Of a DNA stretch of 42,295 nucleotides, positions 33,702 to 42,220 are shown piece by piece (position 1 is the stretch's first letter; each line of letters opens with the position of its first letter). The notes under the pieces were generated by a model. That model made no database searches. It was not told where the DNA came from and saw only the letters and a list, made by a program, of their open reading frames with translations. A program made the position numbers and the translations under genes. Source of the stretch: Euryarchaeota archaeon UBA126 (lineage in GTDB: Archaea; Thermoplasmatota; Poseidoniia; Poseidoniales; Thalassarchaeaceae); the NCBI GenBank assembly GCA_002497025.1, contig DAMG01000079.1, forward strand, positions 55,443 to 97,737. Direction: 5' to 3'.

Positions 33702-33737
33702 GACTTGACCATAGGTCAATCAACATGAACGGTCAAA
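33701..33737 (+). promoter_or_regulatory. Inverted repeat TGA(C)TTGACC-ATA-GGTCAATCA plus a third GGTCAA half-site upstream of the subtilase gene
   Basis: TTGACC (33705-33710), ATA, then GGTCAA (33714-33719), extendable to 9 bp with one bulge. GGTCAA repeats at 33731-33736. Lies 26-60 nt before GTG 33763. Confidence 0.35.
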
Positions 33738-33762
33738 AGCCCTTCAATTCTCCGAATAACTC

Positions 33763-36700
33763 GTGAATGACCGCCGGCTTGTACTAATTACCCTGTTCAT
33801 GCTCTTACTGAGTGGATGGTCCATAGGTGTCACATCTGCCTCCAGTTCGAACGATCAAGTTGGTTCTGAATATAGCGAAGAGAAAGAATCTGAGATTAAA
33901 TTTCAGCCGTTTTCCAGCGCCTCACACAGTATACATCAATTAAAGACAACTTCAGGATTAATCTATTCACCATACGGTAGTTTTGACCCTATTCTACAAC
34001 CGATTCCTCTCGGTCCAGAAAACATTGTCGATTTTCAAGCACTAGATAGAACTCGATTCGCCCTTGTGCAATCCGAATCAGCGGACTTGACCACACTACA
34101 ACAAAACTTACAGGAGAGGGGTCTAATCGTAATAGAATCAATTCCTGATGACACCCTCATAATCAGAATTCCGATTCAATACAACTCAGCGATAACTCTT
34201 CACGAATTGGGCTCTATGGAGGGGGTAAGATGGGCAGGTGAACTTCCGATTGCATGGAGGGTTAGCCCTGAGGTGGCAAGTATAGCTGGTAGGGAAGCAA
34301 TAACTGTAGATCTCGACATTAGTCCTGCACCTGATTTATCAATCCAAGAACTCAAGCAATTACAATCTGATCTTGAATCTATATCTTCAACTGAAAACTC
34401 TAGAGATATTTGTGACTCTCACCTGTGTCAGTCAAAATCGGTTAACGCAATATGGATTCCGATTCTCGCCATGGATGGACGAATTTTGCATATTCACCAA
34501 GCTTCCAAGTTAACAATACATAATTCGGTTGCAAGTGACATTTCAGGGATTAACCAAGCTCTCGTTAATTCTGCAAATACTCTCAACGGAAGTGGTGAAG
34601 TCATCGCAATTTCCGATACTGGTATCGATGCTGATCATGGCGATTTTGACGGTAGAGTTAGGGGTGTTTACAATCAATTTGGACCCGACAATTCAGCCCT
34701 TGACAGCAATTCTGGCCACGGCACCCATGTGACTGCAACTCTTCTTGGAGATGGGTCTGGTGACGCTTCGGCTTTGGGGATGGTGCCAGCCGCCACATTC
34801 CATTTCTACCAACTAGAAGTAGATTCTTCGGGAATTCTAGCCAGATGGGGTTCTCTGTACGACATGTTCTCTCATGCTTGGCAGAATTCTGCTAGGATTC
34901 AAACTAATTCTTGGGGTAACGAAAATTTAGTTGGAGAATACAGTTCAGATTCACGGTCGGCGGATGCATTCATCGTGGATAATCCTCGCTTCTTAGCCCT
35001 CTTTTCTTCAGGTGATCTTGGTGAAGATGGTGCAAATACTGTCACTCCGCCGGGTTCAGCAAAGAACGTCCTCACCATTGGAGCCTCAACAACTGGTTCC
35101 TTGGGGACAGACCCAGAAGGAAGTGTCCCTTCTTTTTCCTCTAAGGGGTCTACACTGGATGGTAGAATCAAACCAGACCTGGTGGCACCCGGAGTTATGT
35201 TATGCTCAGCTAGGGCTGAGGAGGCAAGTAGTGCGCAAGGTGAGTCCTGTAGTTCTACTACCCATTCCGATGGTTCGACTCCTCTTTACATGGCCCTAAA
35301 TGGTTCTTCAATGGCCACTGCAGTCGCCGCGGGTGGTGCTACAATGGTGCGCCAATATCTTAGAACCGATGCTGGAATTACCGAACCACGTTCTGATTTA
35401 ATCAAGGCATTACTGATTAATGGAGCGGAGGATATTGGTACTGCAAATATTCCTAATCCTTCGGAGGGCTGGGGTCAAATTAACGTTGCAAATTCAATTA
35501 GTCCTAATGAAGATGGGACCGATTTGGATTTATTGTACGATGACAGTCGTGAACTAGATCCTGGACATAGTTTCGTTTACACCTTCACTGTAGACTCGAT
35601 TACTAATTTCGACGTTACTTTAGCCTGGGTGGATTTAGAAGCCTCTACAATCGCAAACCAAAGCGCTGTGAAATTAGTCAACGACCTAGACCTAACAGCT
35701 ACATCTCCTGATGGAACTGTGTACCATGGAAATGTATTTTCCAATGGTTACTCAACAACGGGAGGGATTGCAGATCGATTGAATAATATCGAGAGAATTA
35801 AGATACCAGCAGGAAATTCTGGGGTTTGGACTATTTCTGTTGGTCATGCCGGAGGATTTGCCCAAAGTTTTGCTTTAGTTGCTAGTGGATTATTGCAAGA
35901 GCAATCTGTAGCAGACCTGACAGTCTTTGAAGGCTCATTGAGTACCTCTATTTTAGCACCCTTGCAAGGAGATACAGTCCTAGTAGAGGCCGCCTGGCGA
36001 AACCAAGCATCACAAGCCAGCGGCGCCTATACAATTGAGATTGAGGACCTCACTGAAGGAACTATTCTCTATACCTCCGATAGGACTTCTTTAGGCGGTG
36101 GAGTGACAAACTCTCTATCTTTTCCTCACGTATTCCAAACAACCGGTGAACATCTATTGGAATTGAGGATTGATACTGAAGACACGGTAGTTGAATTAAA
36201 TGATGAAAACAACGGAGTCAACAATAATCACTATCAATTAACAGTCCAAATTTCTCAAATCGGAGTTAGAATAACTCCTCTAATGGAAGATGGTTCGGTT
36301 CCTTCAACTCCATCCGATTTAGAACAGGCATTGACCAAATCATTAGACCCAAGTACAGGTAGTATGCTGACTTACGAATTCATGTTACAAAATGAAGGAA
36401 CTTCTCCTATTTCGGTTGGCCTAACTGTTACTCCTGTTCAGAGGGTTGACGATCAAGGAATTTTACAATCCCCTATTGACGAATGGTGGAAATTACTCAA
36501 CGAAACAGGTCCATGGGACCTCGCAGCATCCGGTGATGTGGGGGACTCAAGAATTGTTACACTAACTTTGGAAGATGTCGATGCTGACTTAGAAAACCCT
36601 GCAGGCCCTAGATTCGCCTTACCTGGTAATTTCGTTAATGACTTGAATATATTTGATAAAGACGCACCAACCATTTCACACACCATCAGGATTACATCTG

Positions 36701-38553
36701 TGGTAGAAAGAGTGGAAGGCCTTTTCACCATTCTAGCAGGAACTGGAAATGACCTAGGGGCCAAACCAGGACAAACTGCAGTATATTCACTATCAATAAG
36801 AAATACAGGTAATGGAGAGACACAATATTCAGTGAGTTGTGATAGCCCTAGTCAATGGATTGTGAACATCGGTACCAGTGGATCTTCATCAGTGGTTTTA
36901 GACCCACTTAGCAGACTACAATTCTTACCGCTTCCGATACAGGTTAGAATACCGGCTGCGGATGCAGGAGAACCAGCCGCAGGAGTTACCGAGGATATCA
37001 CCTGCGTAACTACATCCGTACAAGATTCCTCAGTCTCAAAGACAGATATTGCAACGGTAACAGTCTTCGAGAGTTATGAATTTAAGATTGATTTAGAGGA
37101 TGAAGAAGGCAATGTATTGGGGGCGTTGGCACTTGCAGAAGACCGAGCAGTTCTGAATGGAGATTTGTCTGAAACTTCTGTGATTGTCTCCAATGATGGT
37201 AATATTCGAATGGACTTTACAATGACAGTAAGCTCCTCATTGAATACTTGGGCGGCGCAATTGGTTTATGGTCAACAGCAAACGACCGAACAATTACAAT
37301 TCTCGATTGAGGCTGGGGAGTTTGCAACAGTTACTGTTCAGATGATTGTGCCAGAGAATGCAGAGATGAATACTAGGAACACACTAACAATTCGAACCAC
37401 TCTAATTGATGGTGATATGGTTGTAAACGCAACTCGATTTAATGTTCAGGAAATCGCATCCCTTGATGTATCCGAAGACTCTACTTTCACCTTGTCACTA
37501 GGTCAGACCGGAACCACTGATGTTTGGGTCAGAAATGCTGGAAACGTACCGTTGTCTCTAACTTGGAGTATCGGGACTCTGCCAATAGATTGGGTCGGTG
37601 GCTTCCAATCGCTTATTCCATCGACACTAGATATGAACCGTGAGGCGCTTGTCACAGTTGGTTTGGATGTACCGGGTAATTTACCAGTTGGAATGATGGA
37701 TGTAACCGTTCCAGTAATTGTTGAAGCGATCACTCCAGGAATGGAAACTGTAACTCATACTTTCCAATTAAATGTGGAGATTACACCCTCTATTTTCGTC
37801 GAATTATCTCCCGATTCAATGACTCTGAATGATATCAACTCAGGCTCTTCAGGAACATTCATAATTTCCGTTACTAATTTTGGTAACCAACCTTCTGGAT
37901 TTAGTTTTGAAGCAAGTGAGCTGTCTAATTGGAATGTTGAAGTAGAACCAACATCAGTGGACAATATCGCAATTGGTGAATCTGTAGATATAACGGTGTA
38001 CGCATCTCCACGAAAATCAGCATCACCTGGCCTGGCGAGTTTTGTTATTTGGGCGAACTCTACAGATAATGGAGAAGTTTCTACAATTACAAATACCGAG
38101 ATCACTCTAGAAGTATCCCGTTCTAGAGATGACTCATGTAGTGGCATTGGTTGTTTGATGGTATCACTTGGGCTACCTAAGTGGACTCTTGCGATAGTGT
38201 TCTTAGTAGTCCTATCAGGGTTAGGTGTCGTGCTAGTGCGTATGCGAAAAGAATCTGAAAACAACATGAGTCCAGATGAGGAATTAATTCCAAAGGGTTC
38301 TGCACTTCATTCAGGTTCCAAAACCGAAAGAAGGGCGATGGCTCTAGAAACAGGCTCAGCTGGAGAAGTTTTGAGTAAGTCGGTTAGTGTTGATGAAATC
38401 TCAGATGTTATTTCCTCATCTGCTCCGTCTCTTCCACCTCCAGTACCGGTGCCTCCTGGAGCAATGCCGCTACCACCAGGAGGGTTGCCCGAAGGTTGGA
38501 CAATGGATCAGTGGGTGGCTTATGGTCACCTCTGGTACGAACAGAATACCTGA
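33763..38553 (+). CDS. Giant membrane-anchored subtilisin-like serine protease (peptidase S8) with many CARDB/NEW3-like domains, a C-terminal TM helix and a Pro-rich cytoplasmic tail
   Basis: 1596 aa with a GTG start and signal peptide LVLITLFMLLLSGWSIGVTSA. The catalytic triad is D285 in AISDTGID (nt 34615), H319 in SGHGTHV (nt 34717) and S516 in NGSSMATA (nt 35308), with oxyanion N in TNSWG. At least five xVxNxGN...W modules are present (IRNTGNGETQ, LQNEGTSPIS, VSNDGNIRMD, VRNAGNVPLS, VTNFGNQPSG). The TM helix is WTLAIVFLVVLSGLGVVLV (nt ~38180-38240). The tail reads PSLPPPVPVPPGAMPLPPGGLPEGWTMDQWVAYGHLWYEQNT. Confidence 0.85.
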   Translation: MNDRRLVLITLFMLLLSGWSIGVTSASSSNDQVGSEYSEEKESEIKFQPFSSASHSIHQLKTTSGLIYSPYGSFDPILQPIPLGPENIVDFQALDRTRFALVQSESADLTTLQQNLQERGLIVIESIPDDTLIIRIPIQYNSAITLHELGSMEGVRWAGELPIAWRVSPEVASIAGREAITVDLDISPAPDLSIQELKQLQSDLESISSTENSRDICDSHLCQSKSVNAIWIPILAMDGRILHIHQASKLTIHNSVASDISGINQALVNSANTLNGSGEVIAISDTGIDADHGDFDGRVRGVYNQFGPDNSALDSNSGHGTHVTATLLGDGSGDASALGMVPAATFHFYQLEVDSSGILARWGSLYDMFSHAWQNSARIQTNSWGNENLVGEYSSDSRSADAFIVDNPRFLALFSSGDLGEDGANTVTPPGSAKNVLTIGASTTGSLGTDPEGSVPSFSSKGSTLDGRIKPDLVAPGVMLCSARAEEASSAQGESCSSTTHSDGSTPLYMALNGSSMATAVAAGGATMVRQYLRTDAGITEPRSDLIKALLINGAEDIGTANIPNPSEGWGQINVANSISPNEDGTDLDLLYDDSRELDPGHSFVYTFTVDSITNFDVTLAWVDLEASTIANQSAVKLVNDLDLTATSPDGTVYHGNVFSNGYSTTGGIADRLNNIERIKIPAGNSGVWTISVGHAGGFAQSFALVASGLLQEQSVADLTVFEGSLSTSILAPLQGDTVLVEAAWRNQASQASGAYTIEIEDLTEGTILYTSDRTSLGGGVTNSLSFPHVFQTTGEHLLELRIDTEDTVVELNDENNGVNNNHYQLTVQISQIGVRITPLMEDGSVPSTPSDLEQALTKSLDPSTGSMLTYEFMLQNEGTSPISVGLTVTPVQRVDDQGILQSPIDEWWKLLNETGPWDLAASGDVGDSRIVTLTLEDVDADLENPAGPRFALPGNFVNDLNIFDKDAPTISHTIRITSVVERVEGLFTILAGTGNDLGAKPGQTAVYSLSIRNTGNGETQYSVSCDSPSQWIVNIGTSGSSSVVLDPLSRLQFLPLPIQVRIPAADAGEPAAGVTEDITCVTTSVQDSSVSKTDIATVTVFESYEFKIDLEDEEGNVLGALALAEDRAVLNGDLSETSVIVSNDGNIRMDFTMTVSSSLNTWAAQLVYGQQQTTEQLQFSIEAGEFATVTVQMIVPENAEMNTRNTLTIRTTLIDGDMVVNATRFNVQEIASLDVSEDSTFTLSLGQTGTTDVWVRNAGNVPLSLTWSIGTLPIDWVGGFQSLIPSTLDMNREALVTVGLDVPGNLPVGMMDVTVPVIVEAITPGMETVTHTFQLNVEITPSIFVELSPDSMTLNDINSGSSGTFIISVTNFGNQPSGFSFEASELSNWNVEVEPTSVDNIAIGESVDITVYASPRKSASPGLASFVIWANSTDNGEVSTITNTEITLEVSRSRDDSCSGIGCLMVSLGLPKWTLAIVFLVVLSGLGVVLVRMRKESENNMSPDEELIPKGSALHSGSKTERRAMALETGSAGEVLSKSVSVDEISDVISSSAPSLPPPVPVPPGAMPLPPGGLPEGWTMDQWVAYGHLWYEQNT

Positions 38554-38600
38554 TAATTCTCAGGCACTGTCTTAAGACCACGAAGCCACTCGGTGAGTCT

Positions 38601-39227
38601 ATGGTAGGGTCAATAGTACTCTTTGGACCACCTGGTGCCGGGAAGGGCACACAAGCCGGTAGGATAGTTGAACTTACCAGTAAACCGCAAGTATCCACAG
38701 GCGATATGTTACGAGCAGCAGTAAAGCTAGAGTCACCAATGGGGCTGGCCGCAAAAGAATACATGGATGCAGGGTTATTGGTGCCCGACGAGGTGATAAT
38801 TGGCTTAATCGAAGAGCGATTACAGGAAGACGACGCCGGCCAAGGAGTACTTTTTGATGGCTTCCCTCGAACCATCCCTCAAGCAGAATCTCTCGAGAAA
38901 ATAGCTACGGTTTCTTCAGTAATTTCAATAGAAGTATCAGATGATGCGATTGTCGATAGAATAGTCGGAAGACGGCTGGATCCGGAAACTGGAGAAATCT
39001 TTCATGTTCAATTCAAACCGGCCCCACCTGAAATTGAAGGTCGACTAATCCAAAGACCAGATGATACCGAAGAAACCGTTAGGTCCAGATTAGAGGCCTA
39101 TCATAATCAAACAGCTCCGTTAGCAGATTGGTACTCAGATAGAGGATTACTAATACGCATAGATGGAAATGCCTCGATTAACCAAGTAGGAGTTTCGGTT
39201 GAACGCGCAATTTCTAGGATTTTATGA
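38601..39227 (+). CDS. adk: Adenylate kinase (bacterial-type, LID without the Cys4 zinc site)
   Basis: MVGSIVLFGPPGAGKGTQ P-loop, VSTGDMLR, DGFPRT, and RRLDPETGEIFHV...RPDD LID segment. ATG 38601 is chosen; the upstream part of the ORF overlaps the subtilase 3' end. Confidence 0.9.
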   Translation: MVGSIVLFGPPGAGKGTQAGRIVELTSKPQVSTGDMLRAAVKLESPMGLAAKEYMDAGLLVPDEVIIGLIEERLQEDDAGQGVLFDGFPRTIPQAESLEKIATVSSVISIEVSDDAIVDRIVGRRLDPETGEIFHVQFKPAPPEIEGRLIQRPDDTEETVRSRLEAYHNQTAPLADWYSDRGLLIRIDGNASINQVGVSVERAISRIL

Positions 39228-39230
39228 GGT

Positions 39231-39557
39231 GTGGATATGACAGGTCGAAGAAGAGGCCGCAACTCAAAAAATAGGAAAAATAAAGCTGAAGATTCCATCA
39301 ACCACCTGTCCAAATTAATAGTTGGTTCGGACAAGGAAATTTCCGACTTGGCTGCTAGAGATTTACTCAGGGTGTCAAAGCGACATGGTGTAAGGGCCGA
39401 ACGTAATATTCGAGATTTAATCTGTAGATCTTGTAATACGATTTTGAGGCCGGGAGAGAATGCTAGAGTCAGAATTCAAGATGGGATAATAAGGCTCACT
39501 TGCTTAGATTGTGGTAGAGTACATCGTCGAAATATCAACAAGGTGGAAGGTCTATGA
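39231..39557 (+). CDS. rnp4: RNase P protein component 4 (Rpp21/Rpr2 family)
   Basis: Basic N-terminus, a helical ARDLLRVSKRHGV segment and a zinc ribbon CRSCNTILRPGENARVRIQDGIIRLTCLDCG. The start is GTG 39231 or ATG 39237, 3-9 nt after the adk stop. Confidence 0.8.
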   Translation: MDMTGRRRGRNSKNRKNKAEDSINHLSKLIVGSDKEISDLAARDLLRVSKRHGVRAERNIRDLICRSCNTILRPGENARVRIQDGIIRLTCLDCGRVHRRNINKVEGL

Positions 39558-39823
39558 CATCGGTCCCTAATCACATAAAGCGGATGGCTAACGATAGAGC
39601 CCTGATAGTTTCTGCAAGGGTCGGCAGAAATGGACTCACCACTGCTATCATTGAGGAACTAATTGATCAATTAAATAATAGGAGCTTGGTCAAGATAAAA
39701 GCAAACAAGGGGGTTGTTGAAAGTACGGCGGAAAGAATCGAATTATTCTCTGAAATAGCAAAAATGACCGAGTCATCTCTGGTTTTCCATAGGGGTAATG
39801 TAGCAGTATTTTGGAAGCCTTGA
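39554..39823 (+). CDS. YhbY-like CRM-domain RNA-binding protein
   Basis: 89 aa. VGRNGLTTAIIEELIDQLNNRSLVKIK matches the GxxGLT...ELIKVK CRM/YhbY signature. The ATG overlaps the rnp4 stop (ATGA at 39554-39557). Confidence 0.8.
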   Translation: MTSVPNHIKRMANDRALIVSARVGRNGLTTAIIEELIDQLNNRSLVKIKANKGVVESTAERIELFSEIAKMTESSLVFHRGNVAVFWKP

Positions 39824-39864
39824 AGTTAGTATCATCTATATGCTAATCAACATGGGGTTCTACT

Positions 39865-41472
39865 ATGAGCAAGGTATTGAACACGGTGGGTATAAGCCAA
39901 AGGTTGGTTCTACCTACTTTATTGACTACCTTCCTCCTTCCAAGTGTCTTAGGCGCTACTGCTGGTAGTGACCAATGGGTGGCTCCAGAAATGCCTAGTT
40001 GGGCGGTTCCAGCAGCCTTTGCAATCTTGTTGGGTGTTTATGCTCTGATTATCTTTGAATTAGTGCATAGAGCATTAGCTGCTGCAATAGGTGGTGTAGT
40101 CGTGGTGTTAGCGCTCCACGCGATTGGAGATGGTCCCGATTTAGGTACGGTTGTAACCTGGATTGATGAGGAAACCATTGGTCTATTAATCGGTATGATG
40201 GTGATTGTCGATATATTAGGTAAAACAGGTCTATTCCAGTGGGCTGCGGTGCAAGCATATGCCTTGAGTGGAGGCTCGATTTGGAGGCTTTCGATTATCC
40301 TATGTACAATCACCGCTGTATTTTCAGCCTTCTTAGATAATGTAACCACTATCCTTCTAATTGTCCCAGTTACGATACAAATAGCTCGAGTCCTGGATAT
40401 TGAACCAATTCCACTTATTATCGCCGAAGTTATGTTCTCTAATATTGGTGGAGCTGCAACTCAAATCGGCGACCCTCCTAACATTATCATCGGGGCGCAA
40501 CTGTCTCCACAAGCACTCTCGTCGAACGTAATTTTAGCAGACCAAGGCATATCCTTCATTGATTTCATTATTCATGTAGGTCCGGCTGTAGTAATTTGTA
40601 TGGCTCCCTCGTTTTGGCTGTTAAAGAAGTTGGAAATGGATGGTTTGTCAGGAGAAACACATCGCAATGTCGAGTTGTTAAAAATAAGGTATCCAATTAA
40701 AGACTTGGAGTTATTGAAAAAATCTGGAGCGATATTAGCTCTAGTAATATTCGCATTCTTTGCCCATTCAAGTTATCATCATCCAATTTTCACCGTGGCC
40801 ACAATTGCAATTGGTGGTGCTGTACTGATGTTACTGGTAACATCACCCCATCATGTCGAAGAGCAATTAGATTCGGTTGAATGGACGACAATAATTTTCT
40901 TTGCTGGCCTATTCATTATGATTCATGGGCTTGAATACATGGGACTGATCAACGCCATTGCTGAGGGTATATCTGATACGATTTCTCAAGCCGATGAGAG
41001 TAATCGTTTGATGGTAGCAGTTTTGCTGTTACTATGGGTGTCTGCAATTGCTTCAGCATTCATCGACAACATCCCCTACACCGCAACCATGGTCCCAGTG
41101 GTAATTGAATTGGCCTCTAATCCTGAACTAGGATTAGCTCTAGGCCCATTAGCATGGGCACTAGCACTTGGTGCCTGCCTAGGAGGTAACGGCACCATTA
41201 TTGGCGCGTCAGCAAACGTAGTAGCTGCTGGTTTAGCAGAAGAGGCAGGTCATGACATATCCTTCAATAGATTCTTCAAAACGGGTTTCCCGATTATGAT
41301 ACTTAGCGTCACATTGGCAACCGCATATTGTGTTGTAAGATATGCAATAGAATGGTCAAACAACCTTATTCCAATGGCAATCATAGCAACTATGATGGTA
41401 GCCTCCCTTTCACTAACTCCACTAATATACGGCCCACCTCCAAATAGCCCGCCTGACTTTGAATTGGAATGA
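39865..41472 (+). CDS. ArsB/NhaD-superfamily (CitMHS / P-protein-like) ion or anion permease
   Basis: 535 aa with about 12 hydrophobic helices. The duplicated signature is SAFLDNVTTILLIVPV and SAFIDNIPYTATMVPV, with GGNGTIIGASANV typical of this superfamily. Confidence 0.8.
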   Translation: MSKVLNTVGISQRLVLPTLLTTFLLPSVLGATAGSDQWVAPEMPSWAVPAAFAILLGVYALIIFELVHRALAAAIGGVVVVLALHAIGDGPDLGTVVTWIDEETIGLLIGMMVIVDILGKTGLFQWAAVQAYALSGGSIWRLSIILCTITAVFSAFLDNVTTILLIVPVTIQIARVLDIEPIPLIIAEVMFSNIGGAATQIGDPPNIIIGAQLSPQALSSNVILADQGISFIDFIIHVGPAVVICMAPSFWLLKKLEMDGLSGETHRNVELLKIRYPIKDLELLKKSGAILALVIFAFFAHSSYHHPIFTVATIAIGGAVLMLLVTSPHHVEEQLDSVEWTTIIFFAGLFIMIHGLEYMGLINAIAEGISDTISQADESNRLMVAVLLLLWVSAIASAFIDNIPYTATMVPVVIELASNPELGLALGPLAWALALGACLGGNGTIIGASANVVAAGLAEEAGHDISFNRFFKTGFPIMILSVTLATAYCVVRYAIEWSNNLIPMAIIATMMVASLSLTPLIYGPPPNSPPDFELE

Positions 41473-41525
41473 TTTTTGATTAATCAATACGATACCATCA
41501 AACATCACCATTGGGTAGAACCGTT

Positions 41526-41990
41526 ATGCAAACCTGCTCGGTATGTCTCATGGTTCTGGATGAATCAGGTATTTGCCGTCTTTGTGGAAACGAAGAAAAA
41601 GTAGGGATTGATTCTAAAAATTCACAGGATGCTAAGGGTTCTGTAGATATGCCATTCGGCCTTGGCCAAGATTCGAAACAGGAGCAGCCAACCTTGCCAT
41701 TTGGAATCAATCATGCACCGTCTAACAGTGCAGAATCGGCTCCGGCTAGGTCCACGGAGGATGAGAATAGTACACTTCCTTTTGGATTAGAGCACCCACC
41801 TGATAATGAGAATTCTCAATCTGATCCTGTTGAAGCCGACTTGCAAAAAGAGACCCTGCCGTTTGGTATTGAGGATAGACCTCCTGAAAAAAAGCTAATT
41901 TTTCAAGAAAAATCTACTAAATCTTCAATAATCCCTATTGAAAATTTACCCTTTGGAATTGAACATATTTTTGATAGTACCAATGAATGA
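41526..41990 (+). CDS. Zinc-ribbon protein with five [TN]LPFG[IL]E-type short linear repeats in a disordered acidic tail
   Basis: MQTCSVCLMVLDESGICRLCG (CxxC-x9-CxxC) is followed by MPFGLGQD (nt 41649), TLPFGINH (41694), TLPFGLEH (41775), TLPFGIED (41856) and NLPFGIEH (41946). ATG 41526 is preferred over TTG 41511. Confidence 0.6.
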   Translation: MQTCSVCLMVLDESGICRLCGNEEKVGIDSKNSQDAKGSVDMPFGLGQDSKQEQPTLPFGINHAPSNSAESAPARSTEDENSTLPFGLEHPPDNENSQSDPVEADLQKETLPFGIEDRPPEKKLIFQEKSTKSSIIPIENLPFGIEHIFDSTNE

Positions 41991-42080
41991 GTCTTTTCGG
42001 CTCTCTATACTGCGTTCTCACCCCTATTCGAATGACCCGCATCGTTCATATACGGAAGGTAGGTCGCACGCCTGCTTTTG

Positions 42081-42220
42081 GTGCACCCTTGTATGGGCAC
42101 ATACAGGGGGAAGTGGTCGAGAACGCTCCGCCCCGCGGGGAGACGAAGTGTTCTGAGAGACCAGATAGAATCGATATGCCTGGACACCAGAGGAGACGAC
42201 TGAACATGTGTTCAGTCCTC
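42081..42220 (+). ncRNA. Candidate structured RNA or leader (unclassified); strand not established
   Basis: Locally GC-rich, with overlapping unsupported ORFs on both strands. Four consecutive helices can be drawn by eye. Hairpin 42081-42100 is GUGCACCC-UUGUAU-GGGCAC. The long helix 42115-42162 pairs GGUC/GACC and AGAAC/GUUCU and encloses CUCC-G-CC-CCGC-GG-GGAG. Hairpin 42179-42190 is CCUGG-ACA-CCAG. Nt 42198-42217 form the perfect palindrome GACUGAACA-UG-UGUUCAGUC. Confidence 0.3.

Noticed and set aside
38496-38600. N-terminal extension of the adenylate kinase ORF
   Set aside because: It overlaps the last 58 nt of the subtilase gene and adds 35 residues before the canonical MxxIVLFGPPGAGKGTQ start, whereas Adk proteins begin a few residues before the P-loop.
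36453-38875. Minus-strand ORFs of 103, 76, 170 and 155 aa inside the subtilase and adk genes
   Set aside because: These are shadow ORFs opposite a CDS with a clear S8 triad and repeated CARDB-like modules. They lack start context and motifs.
42115-42195. TPP (THI-box) riboswitch
   Set aside because: The P2/P3/UGAGA half fits superficially (GGUC-G-AGAAC...GUUC-UGAGA-GACC). However, the pyrophosphate-sensor half does not fit: there is no ACCUGAUC, L5 is ACA instead of AUAAUNCC within the loop, and there is no GCG-AGGGA pairing. No downstream gene is visible to support the idea.
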